A model generated the notes under the pieces. The model was not told the DNA's origin. It was given only the letters and a program-made list of their open reading frames with translations, and made no database searches. From Sarea resinae (lineage: Eukaryota), in NCBI GenBank assembly GCA_026026165.1, contig JAPEUD010000034.1:1-64000 (forward strand): a stretch of 64,000 nt of DNA, written 5' to 3'. Made by a program: the position numbers and the translations under genes. Positions 24,801-36,766 of the stretch are shown here, piece after piece; within the stretch, counting starts at the first letter, position 1, and each line of letters begins with the position of its first letter.

Positions 24801-25557
24801 TTGGTAGCAGGAGCGCAAAAAGGCCCATCCGGCCCTCGTGTCCAGAGCGCTGCGCATCCCGTGCAAGAGCTCGCTAGGGCGGTTCTGTGAGATCTTGCCC
24901 TTGTGTCCCATGAGGTTCTTGATAAGGTAGTCTCGCGACGTTCAAACTAATGAATTTATATCGTAATCTCAAACCAAACTCATCTGATTCCCCACTCAAC
25001 CCTTTCACATATCTTCTCTTCTTTTGAAGCCCTCTCATCGACTTCAGTCTCTTGTCAGAAGATCAATGTCGGGAATGGGATGAAATTTGTTTTATATAGG
25101 TATGGCGTCCGCTTCTTCTTCTTTCTCTCTGAAAGGCGCGTGTGTCGGCACATCAGTGGCGGCAATGATCAAACCCATCTTATATAATTTGGAAAGGTGG
25201 AAAGCTAGAGTAGAGAGAAGGATTTTTTGTTTGTCAAAATGTCCCGTCGACTGAATGGGATGGTGATAGAAGCTGAAAAGAAAGAGCAAAAGAAGCAGAA
25301 CGGGAGGGGGGGGGAGAATGGAGGAGAAAGTGATGGAAATTTCACAGACATGATGAATGTGGCATTCACTTCTCACATTCACGGAACTGGCTGGCCCCTA
25401 GTGCCCTGGAGGATATTCACTTCTCTGCCCAGGAAAGCAGAAGTAGACACACTGCATTCATAATACATTCTGCTAGACATGAAAACGACCACAAAACAAA
25501 GAGAACTCCGCCCTTGTAGAAACTAAATAGCAACGTCAAGCCCCTGAGCGGCGAGGA

Positions 25558-27571
25558 TCAGGCATCTGACCATTTCTCATGCGCAACAGGCTCCGTAACT
25601 GCAAGCGAATTTCCTCTGGCGTCGTGGGTTGCATCCCAGGAGGCAACATCAGCGTTCGGTACCTTGACCAGTCTGTGCGTATTGGCTCCATCGCCCTCGT
25701 CGAGAAGAACGACTTCTTGGCGGATCTGGTATTTACCAAAGTGGGGGAGCACGAATATCCAAACCCAGTAGTAGATGCCGCAAACGGCAAGACTGCGATC
25801 GGTGATACTTTAGTAACGTGTTCATATCAACGAGATCTCAGGGAGACTCACATCCCAAGCCCAGTAACGCAATAAGTCGCATACCAAAAGCTCACGTCTC
25901 CACCCGTTGCACCGGTCGCTGGCGGATACCATGGCATTGCCAGGAGATACACGTTGACAGCCAATGTAAATACCAGCGCAACGTTCCACGCATGAAATTC
26001 GGGCCTGGACAGCCCAAGGCGTGCTCGGTGACGGCGGATGATGAACAGCCCAAAAGTAGTTAGGAAATTGAACACTGCCGAAGGATAAGACTGGAGATCG
26101 ACGATGAAGTTGAAGGCGTCGCCCGCCGGTGGCGCGAGTATCATCAGAACCGTCACGCCCCACTTCAATAGGTATGGCCCGAGAGGAGTTCCAAATGGTC
26201 GGGTAGAAGCCCAGAAGCGCGGGAAGGGTAGGACTCCTTGCCTCCCACATTCTCGGATGACCCTGGAAGATCCTATGACGACGGATGTGATGTTTCCGAA
26301 AGCGCTGAGAGCGATCAAGAAGTTGAGAGCTTTAGAACTGCTGCTGGAGCCAAAGACGGCCTTGAAGAATAGACTTGCAGCCAACTGGCCGGAGGCTTTG
26401 ATCTCCTCCTTTGGTACAGCTGCAAAATAAGCAATGTTGCAGAACATGTATAATATAGCGACGACAAGGAGTGACGCAGGAGCTGTCTTCTTGAGTGTCT
26501 TGACAGGATTCTTGACTTCGTTGACCACGTTGAACGCGTTTTGGTAACCAAAGTAGGCAAAATTGACCTTGACGATGGCATTCGTGATGCCATATCCACT
26601 ATTCGTCGTTCCCTCGAAGGCATTGCGGAAGTTGGCCTTCGGATCAGCCACGCTTGTATTGCCTCCAAGGACAACAAGGCCGGTGATGGCAATACTGTAT
26701 AGGATTATGAGTGAGATTCTCTGACATGGTGCAAGGCTTACTTACAAGGTCAAGGTAATAATTTTCAGGACTCCTATGGTATTTGAGACCCACATCGAGA
26801 AACGAGTATTGGAGATCACCACTGCAAGAAAAGTGGGTCAACTTTGTTCGAAGGGCAAGCAAGAGTCAAAATGCTGTACTTATGATGATGAGAGTCATGC
26901 CTGCAACTGCCACTCCCTTTTCTTGCCAGGCTGTGGGTTCACGGCCGCCGGTTTTGAAGAGATACTCGGAGAGGACTAAGGAGTCAATCAGAGATCAGAT
27001 AGCAGATCAAGTCGGAAAGGCGTACCAATTGCATTGCTGCTACTGAACGACAAGATCACCGACTGTACCGCAAATGCCATTGGAAGCAGATAACGCGGAC
27101 GAGGGTATGCTTGCTCAAGAAAGACAACTTCCGCACCCGACCGATTTGGAAAATAAGAGGCCAGCTCAAGATATGTTGCCAGCGCAGCGGCCGCAATGAC
27201 AGCCCCCAAAGCCCAGAACAACAGAGCAAGTCCCACGGATCCAACCTCATCAAAGATGGTCCCGGCTACAAGGCCGACACGGTCAGCTCCAAAGCAACAC
27301 TCGGCAACCGCCAGAACCTACGTGTGGAGAACACGCCCGTTCCGATCATCTGCCCAAGATTGAGGAAGACTGTAGTCAACCAGCCGACGTTATATCCAAG
27401 AGGAGAGTCCGTCTCGACAGGCGCACCCGTTGCCTCCTGATAGGATGGCTTTGAACCATTCTGAGCGTATTCGAGCGTAAATTCGAGGCCTCCATCCTGT
27501 AAAACGGAGTCCCTCGAGGTTTCCACAGCATGTGCTGTTTCCCCATGTTTGAGGTCAGTCGACGCAGACAT
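25558..27571 (-). CDS. MUP1: High-affinity methionine permease-like APC/LAT amino acid transporter (multi-exon)
   Basis: SYQEATGAPVETDSPLGY...LNLGQMIGTGVFST; YLELASYFPNRSGAEVVFLEQAYPRP; FAYFGYQNAFNVVNEVKNP; SRVIRECGRQGVLP; PPAGDAFNFIVDL; several canonical introns. Confidence 0.9.
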
Positions 27572-28142
27572 CTTTGATGCTGTGCTCCTGGTAGATGGAC
27601 GAAAATGCTGATCACTGCCATTTGAATGATTTCAATGTCAATGCCAATTGACCGCCCCAGATAGGCAAGTAGTAGGTCGCATGCGCGATGGCCACCAAGA
27701 TGGCGCAACCACAGGGACAATCTCTCTCATCGATCCAAGCGAGAGGGGGGGTGGGGGGAAAAAGCAGGAATGCCACGGCAAGGGAGACATCATGACACAA
27801 GGTATCGCAACAACTCGCAATTGCTTGGCTGTTGTCGCCATTTCGATATCGTGGGATATTGCCTGAATAGTGACCAAGGAAAGGTACGTTATCGCGCGCA
27901 AGGTGGTACAGAGTCGAGATGCCCACGATGGTCCAGGGGGGCAGATTAGGTATTGGAGATGAATAATGAACATGGACGAGCCATGATGGCGAGCGGACCA
28001 GGGTCGTCTTTGGCCACCGCCGAGGCCGATAAGAGCAGTGATCGTTGCGGAGTCTGGTGTTCCGTTCCCTCCAACCGCTTATATTATTTGAGGTCGTGAT
28101 CTGGACCTCCAGCTGCCACCCCCGGCCTGCCGAGTTCTGGGC

Positions 28143-28356
28143 ATTTATCGTCGAACGTCTCAACGGTGGCAGTGGGTGTGATTTCTGGAGTTTGTCGGCA
28201 ATTATCGTCGAACGTCTTAGGGTTCTCCTCGGAGGCTCTCCTCGACCGCCCTTGCCTCTTTCTCCCCTCTCTCTCCCCTCTCTCCCCTTCACTCTTATAG
28301 CACTCTCGGCTCCACTCTACTTGACTTTCTGTGTTGACATTTATCGTCCAACGTCT
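28143..28356. promoter_or_regulatory. Three direct copies of TTATCGTC(G/C)AACGTCT upstream of the permease; each has a GATAA core on the minus strand
   Basis: Copies at 28143-28160, 28201-28217 and 28339-28356. Confidence 0.6.
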
Positions 28357-28736
28357 CAGCAACGAGTACGACTGGCCATTTAATACCCTCTCTCTCGTGC
28401 ATCATCGCTCACTCTCCGCTACTCGAAGCGCGACCTTGTTCGCTCCACCACCCCACTCGCCTCCTGAACCGGATACCAGATACAGAGATTTACTCGGAAT
28501 TGGTTTCATGGAAATCGCAATCCCTCTCACCTAGCAATCTACTATTCTAATCGAAGATACTTGTCCCAGCTGGCGCCGAGGTCTAGGTAGAGTGATTCGT
28601 ACATTGATGGCGCGAGAAGGCATGTCTTCACAGACATCAACGCCAAATAGCTTGTCAACTTCTTTCGCCCTCCTCCTCTCTCCCCTTCAATCTCTGCCCG
28701 GTCCTATCCACAATGCCCATTCTTCCTCCGCTCTGC

Positions 28737-28985
28737 TCAGAACAAGGGATTTGCTCTCGCGGCCTTGGGCGGATACTCCTTGCCATCCCTGACGACCTTG
28801 CCCTCGGAGCACGTGCACCATTGATCCTCGGGGATCGGATCCATGACCATGGGGATATGCTCGCCGCAGCCCCACCACGATGTCTTACCTAGATGATACA
28901 CGAACAGCTCGTTAAATACCGTCCAAAACAGAAGTCAAAAACACCAAGACTGACTGCAAGAGTCGCATGTGCCTTTCTTGCACAT
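28737..28985 (-). CDS. Small conserved Cys-rich protein (60 aa); exons 28985-28955, 28888-28737
   Basis: Spliced product MCKKGTCDSCSKTSWWGCGEHIPMVMDPIPEDQWCTCSEGKVVRDGKEYPPKAARANPLF; GTCAGT...TAG intron restores the frame; CxxC..WWGCGxH..CTC motif. Confidence 0.85.
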
Positions 28986-29576
28986 CTTGATCGTCGTCGT
29001 CGATTTGTCGCCCAATTGGATACGTAGGTGTGATGCCGCCGGTTCTTCGACTTCTCGAAAGGATCGAATTCTTTTCTTATTCGGCCGTGACTTTTGCTCC
29101 AATAAAAGGCGTATATACGGCGCGAATCGTAGTGTGTATGAATTCACTGGATGATTCCCGACGATGGGATTTTATCGATCTTATCGCGGGGTAGATTACG
29201 GCAGGGCCTGAGCGTCGGCGAAGTCGGCCACCTTTGCTCGCCAAGGAGCCCGAAGGCTGGCTGTTCCGACGTGCGCCCGTAACAAACAACCAGTATGCTG
29301 AACCGCGCGGTGCAATCAATTGATTCAATCTACCTGCTATCGATTAAAGAATGTAAATTGTAGAAGCCTGATCCATTCCATCACGCCAGTCATCCCTCCT
29401 ACAAACGCGCCACGGTCAGAAGCCGCGCATGCTGCATCATTCCCGGGATTCTATTGATCCCTATCCCGTCAAGCCGAACCTGATAAACAAATGAAATGGA
29501 ATCAACCAGATACTAGAAAAACAGTCCCAGTTGCAATCGCCAAGTACACCGACAGTTTGGCCGGGGCAGAGACCCA

Positions 29577-31024
29577 TCAAAGTGTCAGAACAAACTCCTG
29601 TTCCGCCTCCGCCCTGAAAAGATCTGTCGGCGGAATCCCCCTCAACGCAGGCTCAAGGTCTTCGCAGTCATCGTCATCAAAGGCACCGGCCTCCCTCAAC
29701 AGCTTCCATCTCTCTGAGCCAATTTCCGGCGTATTGCGTTCTTGAGAATACATGGCAGGAGACAAAGTAGCTTCGGAAGAATGGCTTGACGGCGTCCTGC
29801 TATGCTGGCTTGTAGCTTTCTTCAGCGAAGCAGATGCCGAGCGGCCGTGAGAGTACCCAAGGGTTGTCTTGGAAGCGGCTGTGGCGGCGGAATGGCGCAT
29901 GGACGACGGATTTGTTGGCGGCGGCGTCCTCTTTCCACGACCAATTAGAGACGAAGGAAGCTTAGATTTAGCGGACGTCATCGCAGGTCTAGCCTTGGGT
30001 ACTGCCGACGCGCCTTGAGATAGTGCCGCTGCTGCGTTGCGAGAGGTGTTCATTGATGGACCCTTAGAAGTGAGCGGCTTTCTGGTGCTTGTGGTCGATC
30101 GCTTCTGGGTAGGCACATCTGTCGGTGGCTTTTTGCGTTGGCGTTCGACCTCGGCCTTTCTCGCCGCTTCCTCCGCAGTCTCTTCACCCGGGTATTCTGG
30201 AATGTTGATTCCGAGCAGAGGCATCTCATCGACAGCCTTCTGAATCATCTCATCCATGGCTTTCTCGTGCTTTGCCTGTCGTTCTTGCTCTTCGCGCTCG
30301 AATAGCGTAAGACCATCGTCGCCGACCGGGTTGCAATAGGTCTCGAACCAGCCTCGGGTCATGTTCGCGCCTTTGAACTGGGGGAAGGTCATATCAATTG
30401 GGGGCTCCTCGGGGAGATCCGGCAATTCTAATTGGGTCAGCAACCTCTCGCCGATCACATAAGAAGAGCTTGCCTTTTGGCCTGGGAGGCATATATTCGA
30501 TATCCCTCTCCTCCAGTTCATCCTTGTCGCCAAGTGAGTCCAATTGGTTGAGATCTGTATGAGAGATTTTAGACTTTGTCCGGCGAGCCGTACTCCTCTG
30601 GGCCGATTTCTCGGGCCCATTGTCAGCCGGCGGAGCAGGTGTCTGGAACACTTTGGCCTTGACGTTTGTAGTCTTTGCTCCCAGCGGGGCTCTGTTTCGA
30701 GTGCCTGAGACTATCAGAAACGTTCTGTAAGACGTCGATAACAGGACACTTACCCAAAGGTGTCACAAACGCATTCTTGTCTCCACCCTTTTTGCCAGTA
30801 ACCAGATTCTCGTTTTCCTTGCCCTTGGTCCTCAGCACAGTCTTGCCTTTTCCAAATCCGGTGACCGCATTTTCGTCATTGAGCGGATGCTTAAATGGTG
30901 TCTTCGGTACCTTGTTGCCCGGCGTCTTCGGGGCAAGCTGTCTGATGCCTTGGTTGAGTGGTTTTGAAGCGGCTGCGGTTTGCTGGCCGTGCACCAAGTT
31001 CTCTTGATCGCGTGCAGCGAGCAT
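29577..31024 (-). CDS. PDS1: Securin (separase inhibitor), multi-exon
   Basis: MLAARDQENL, KEN motif (KGKENEN), D-box RAPLGAKTTN, several TP sites, and ELEERDIEYMPPRPK matching the securin separase-binding motif (DIEYMP/EVEYAPP). Confidence 0.75.
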
Positions 31025-31200
31025 GATGGACGCGCGTTGATTCTCCTGTTCACATTGATGCTTTCGCGGATGAAGACTATTCAGAGATGGAAATAAGATC
31101 AATGTGATTGAGAAATGGCCAAGAGACGTGCTGATAGAGGATAGAGTCCGTGCAGGGTTGCCTCGAGCTACGTAAGGCCTTCAAAACAGAAGAGGCAGTC

Positions 31201-31207
31201 TGTTTAC
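31201..31207 (-). promoter_or_regulatory. Forkhead site (GTAAACA) upstream of securin
   Basis: TGTTTAC ~180 nt upstream of the ATG of a mitotic regulator. Confidence 0.4.
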
Positions 31208-33209
31208 AACATTGTTGTGTTGTTGGGGTGACTGTCCTTTGTGCTGCGCATATTGCTTAGTCATCGGTTGAATTACCTTCCAGGTTGGTGGCTGCACCAG
31301 CGGTACCTTACTTTACAACCACAATGATATCAGGTACCTTATCCTACATTGATGTTTCGATGAAGATTTACTGCCTTACCCAGGAGCCATCAATCTGCTC
31401 GTCGTCCAAGGATCCCTCTCTTCAAGAGTCGGCGCGGCACGCATGTTGCTCGCTCTGATTCCAGCTCGCGTCGAAGTCCCCATCTCAGAAAAGGCTTTAT
31501 TCAAGAGCATTATTCCTCCGCACTATTACCGTTCTTCGAAGCATTTTGCCTTCCACCATGCGATACTAATCTCTCTTTTCCTTAATTCCTCGTCATCTAT
31601 GTCGGTACTCTGTGATGTCTGGAGATTTCTTCCAGATGACATTTCTGAGCGGTCCTCGGTACCAGGATTCTCATTTCTGGAGCTTGAATAGCTCTCACCT
31701 TCGTTCCACGTATCTTTTCTTCTTTCTTTGTCGACCATCGTCCTCCTAGTCTCGGGCTCTTTTCAATAGAAAAGCCTAGAGACTGGAGTCCTCTCATTTC
31801 CATTTCCCAGAAACTCACTTCGACGTCTCTCGGGGGTCTTCTGGCATATCTTACACTGTTCTCAACAGAAGCTTCAGTATCACTCATCTCTTCTTTACAC
31901 ATCGCTTCCTAACATATCTCCTCAACGAACCGTCCGAGGTTATAGCTGCCCTGTCCTTTGCAGGGCCTGCTATAAATCTGAAAATTTCATCGGATCATGG
32001 CAGGTCGATGTCTCGCCTCAACAGCGGCCGCCGCGTCTGGACGATCAAATAACACTCCTGATGAATCCAATGTCTTCAATGCGGAGAGCGATCATAGATC
32101 GGAGCTACGACACGGCGGCTCCGGGCTATTACCGTGGTTGCCACTATTGGGCCGACCAGTGAAACCTCTGGAGAGGGTTCGGCAACAATATGAATCGGTA
32201 ATAAACTCATCATCTAAAGGATCCTGACGACCAGAGAAATTGGCTATCTCGGTGTTTTAGTGGTCTATCGCAGGCCAGGCGAGGAGCGACTTGTCCGATT
32301 TTCTCTCCGGTGGAAGTTTACGAATTTATTAATAGCCCAACAAGAAAACTAGCCATTGATGAGATTGCACGTCCAAAGGGCCTTCCTCGCAGGAAGACGA
32401 CTCCGGCTCCATCTTTTTCAACTCCAGTGATGATGGCAATTACATAGGGTGAGAACGAGAAGAAGGCACCAAAGGAGTTTTCTGCATCAGGGATGTGTCA
32501 AGTCTAGTGAGCACGTTGGAGAGATGACGGATTTTAGTGTACTCTACCCTCGTATGTGTTTCTCGTACTCTTGAACAAGACCCCCGGCTCCAGGGCGAGA
32601 ACAGATGCTACGTTATTGGCACTGCAATAGCCTATGTCATTTGGATGATCCCGATGAAACCCTGAGTTATTCAGTCTAGTAGCATTGCGCCTACAACCTT
32701 TCTTTGATGGAACTGCAATGGCAGCTGATCGGGCGACATCGGTGCTCGGGAGACCAATTGATCACTTATAGAATTGCTTCGTTCCTGCCGAAAACTTCAA
32801 TTGATGATGCATGGCAATGTCTGACTTTATGTTTCTCCTATATCACCACGTTCAGATCAGTAGTCGTGCGCCGAAGAGGGTAACGCAACGTAGCTCTTTA
32901 CTGGTTCTAAGGTACGAGGTATACCTCGATCCGTAGCAAGACTCACACCAAACATCAAGTCACTCAGCTCTCCACCGCACTTCACCTTACTAAGTTTAGA
33001 CGACCGAGGGGTGATTGTGTGGCAGTTGCCGTACCCTTGACAACCCACATCCGCTACCACCACCACCACCACCAATAATACAACAACAGCCTCACCTGCA
33101 CCTCTCACGCCTGCATATTCACTACCCTGACTGCCATCTGCAGCTCTCACCATTATTACTCACCCACATCAAACTACTTTCACCCGCACAAAACGTTGAA
33201 GAAGTCAAA

Positions 33210-33870
33210 ATGTCGGGCCTGGATACCATCAAGCAGGTGAGAGTTCACCGAAATGCCGTACCCCCTATGTGGTCCATGCTCTCCTGACCCCGCCAATCCA
33301 CACTCCGGGCGGAGACGTTCTGGCCAGCGAAGACTGACGATCGCCATCGTAGAAACTGAACACCCTCCGTCTGGAAGCCGATGAGGCTCAGACCAAAGTC
33401 GAAGAACTCCAGACCAAGGTGAAGACGCTCGAGCAGGAGAACCTGGCCAAGGAGCAGGAGATCACCTCTCTGTCGCACAAGAACCAGCTGCTGGAGGGCG
33501 AGGTCGAGAAATTAGAGACTGGCATCAAGGAAGCCAAGCTCGCCGCCGACGAGAGCAGCGCACACGGCTCCCAGAATGAGACCTTGCAGCGAAGGCTGCA
33601 GCTACTCGAGGAGGAGGCCGAAGAGGCCGATAAGAACCTGAGAGAGACCAACGACAAGTACGCAGCTACAAGAGTCTTCTCTAGGATGGCTACTAATTCT
33701 ACGATAGGCTACGCCAGACCGACGTCAAAGCTGGGCACTACGAACGCAAGGTTCAAGCTCTCGAGGCCGCTCGCGACCAGTGGGAAACCAAATACGAGGA
33801 GATGGCCAAGAAGTATGCGGATGTGCAAAAGGAGCTCGAGGACTTCCAACGGGAAATTGGAAACATCTAA
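33210..33870 (+). CDS. TPM1: Tropomyosin; exons 33210-33236, 33353-33657, 33708-33870
   Basis: KLNTLRLEADEAQTKVEELQ...EQENLAKEQEITSLSHKNQLLE...RRLQLLEEEAEEADKNLRETNDKLRQTDVKAGHYERKV...WETKYEEM. Confidence 0.96.
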
Positions 33871-34093
33871 ATGACTGTGGTTGGGAGCGGATTTCAGATT
33901 GTTTGCGCCTCGTCTCTAGAATGTCAGCATCACGGGCGGCGGGGTACAGGGTCCCGGATGCGAGCTTGCCGTGTTGGGACCTCTACCGGTTCATTTTCTT
34001 TGAATGCAGCCTTTAGTTACAGACTCATCGAGTGTACCCTCACATAAGACGATGATGGTCTAACGCCTCTGAATCAGATTCTATTCAAACACC

Positions 34094-34794
34094 TCATTCT
34101 TTCCTGGCCTTGGCCTGGGCTCTTCCTCCGGCTCTCTCCTTGCGCCGGGTCACCTTTCTGTCCGCCTTGCTTTCGTACCTGAACTTCTTTTTCTTCTTCT
34201 TCGGCTTGTCAGGCCTATCTTTTGACCATATCCTCTTCTTCGTGGTGTTTTCCGCTTTGCTAGATCCGTCGGCGACTTTAGTCTTGCCATCCTCATCGCC
34301 AGCTTCCTCCGCTTTTCGCTCGTCTTGATGTAGGCCTTCTTTTGACAAGTCCATCTCCTCTACCGTGACTGTAGTATATCGGTCCTCGTCTATGTACTCG
34401 GCTTCGTGATCGACTGGAGGAGGCTCTTCAAATCCACCCCATTCCTCATTCTCCGAGGATCCTTTGTCGGATTCTTCATCCTCGCCATTCGCTTTCCGTA
34501 GCATCGCATTGACCGTCTCAACATGTCTCTGCAAATCCGCCTTTCTCTCCTCTCGTAACTGGCGCGGCCCAAGATCAGCAGAGTCATATTTGATTGAGAA
34601 GTCACACCTACACTCTTCCGATGTTCGACCCTTTCCTCGCGTTCCTTCTTTGCAGCCTCCTCCTGTGCATGCTTGATCCGCTGCAATTTGCGCTTGTGAA
34701 AGCCCGTGAGATATTCTTGCCGAGCATCAAAATCAAACGTGACCTCTTCCACGGCCGGAGTGGACTTCTTTCTGCGCTTCGCCGGAGGAGCCAT
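34094..34794 (-). CDS. RRP17: rRNA-processing protein Rrp17/Nop25 (one intron)
   Basis: EEVTFDFDARQEYLTGFHKRKLQRIKHAQ...; TTVTVEE; KKKKKFRYESKADRK. Confidence 0.92.
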
Positions 34795-35037
34795 CTCGAA
34801 GTTTCGAAGTTGGGTTGTAATTATCGCGATTGCAGTAGGAGTCGTTATTCGTACTGCAAGACAGATTCCCTGAGAACCGAAGTTTATCGATTCGCCTAAA
34901 CATTTCTACCGCGGGATTCGCCTGGAGGTAGTAGCGCCGTAAGCGCCTCCCCAGCACCTACTTTACCCGCCTACCTTATGTCGCATCTATCGTAGCTCCG
35001 TCACCACCACATCTCAGTCCGCCACATCAAGCTCGCC

Positions 35038-36274
35038 ATGCGTGTACGAGATATTGCTTCGCTCCTATTAGGGTGCGCGGGGGCCGCTCATGCCTTCAAA
35101 GACACCTCACCTCTGTTCTTCCTCTCGACTGCCGAGTATGTTACCTGACTGTCAGATCAGAACCCCAGCATCCATTATATAGCATCATATCGAGAACAGA
35201 GCAGACTAGATAGCTAATCTTTCTCCAGTCTTCAGATTATCCCCGATTCCCTCCCTCAGATTCAGCAGGCCTCTGATCTAACCGGCTATATCTCCGCCAT
35301 CTCCTCTCGCTGCCTCTCCACCACTTACATCATCGCCTCCCAGCCCGGCGTCAATGCTGCCGACTTCGCTAGCCGCCATTCGGCACCGCACTTGAAAAAG
35401 GGACTGGCAAAGAAGGACGGCATAGTCCGTGAAAGCTTCAGTGTGACAGACGTCGTGGGGCAGATTGATGCGGATCAATTGCAGGTGTTCTTTGAGAAGC
35501 AGTGTGGCGCGGGCATTATGCATGTCGATGCTTCGAGTAAGTACATGTCCTTTACCCTACCTCCCATGCTTTCCCCGTTGCATATCATGGGCTCAGCGCA
35601 TGGAGATTATGCGGAGCAGAAAGGCCAGGATAACTAACAGCACCCCACAGCTGGTTCCTTCGAAGTCGTTGACGACGCCAAACCCCGCGTCATCAGAGTC
35701 AATTTCCCACCCCTGACGCAAGCGACTCACAAAGATCGCGTCTCCAAGCTTGCCGAGAATGGTACATCTTCATTCCTTTATATTGGCTCACCATTTCCCA
35801 TAAGACGCCTCAAACGCGAGCTTAAATGAGCAGAGACTAACAACTTTACCAGACGCCTTCCTCTCGTCCTTGATTTCTACTCTCCCTTCCCAGCAGTATA
35901 CTCTGATCCTTACCACCACGCCCTCCACCAATCAGCCCTCTGAAAATGGCCCCGCCACACACCCTCAAAACCAATACGAATTTTCCGATTCCTCGGCTCT
36001 TCACCACATGGATCTGAAGCGCTCCTTATCCTCCAACAATCGTGCCTCCCCTAACACCGATACTCGAGCCGCAAAAGGCAACTCCTCGTCCCTCCCCCTC
36101 TTTCAAAGATACCAATACTTTACCCCCGGTATCTTCATGGGTTTACTGGTGACGGCACTGCTGGGAAGTATCTTGTTGGTTGCGATGTACGCGTTGGGTA
36201 GTCTGAAGGTGTCGTATGTAGCCTTTGAGAAGGAAATGGGCCCTCAGGGCGCAGCGGGCAAGAAGCAGCAATAA
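35038..36274 (+). CDS. BIG1: BIG1/VOA1 (Ac45-like) ER type-I membrane protein, multi-exon
   Basis: Signal peptide then AFKDTSPLFFLST; YTLILTTTP; C-terminal LFQRYQYFTPGIFMGL-TM-LGSLKVSYVAFEKEMGP and KKQQ dilysine ER-retrieval tail. Confidence 0.8.
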
Positions 36275-36766
36275 ACTTTTTTTATCAGTTATTCGGCTGA
36301 AGGAAAGGGAGGCTGATGTATCGATGATGTTGTGTTTCTCTACTTGTTGAGTGCAGTTCAAGTACAAATCTCAAATTTCTGGTGTCATCATGTAATCATT
36401 GTATGGGTAAATGTGCTCCGTATTTGCGAGATTTCGGTCTCTACACGCTACTAAAGAGGGGCGTCGAACCTTTGTCGCGGAATACGAACCTAAGTTTGAG
36501 ACCTTGATGATCCGCATTGCCACGCTACCTCAAGAGCTGCAAAGAAGTCAAACTTTGCTTTCATTAGATGGCGAACGGCTTGATCCAATGGAAAGCGGAG
36601 AAAGCCAATGAACAGGGCGACTTTTGGTCGCAACCATGGGGATCCTCGTGGCCCCAAATGCCTTTGTGAACGCCTCGACATACATCCTCCGAACGCCGAA
36701 AAATGCCAGTCTCCATGACTCTCTACACACAAGCCACTCCATTTTACCGCCTTCATTTCATCGTCT

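Larger units (their letters stand above)
10770..25050. other. Accessory region of degraded gene/TE fragments with RIP-like signature
   Basis: No intact long ORF in ~14 kb, lower GC than flanks, TpA-rich patches (~15.0-15.3, 16.8-17.3, 24.0-24.4 kb), coding-like stretches broken by TAA/TAG/TGA. Confidence 0.8.

Noticed and set aside
6960..25050. Intact Starship with a tyrosine-recombinase captain
   Set aside because: No DUF3435-like ORF, terminal repeats or target duplication recognised; kept only as a hypothesis for a derelict element.
31440..32850. Gene or C/D snoRNA between securin and tropomyosin
   Set aside because: Short discordant ORFs without a consistent splice model; TGATGA/CTGA boxes lack a recognisable rRNA guide.
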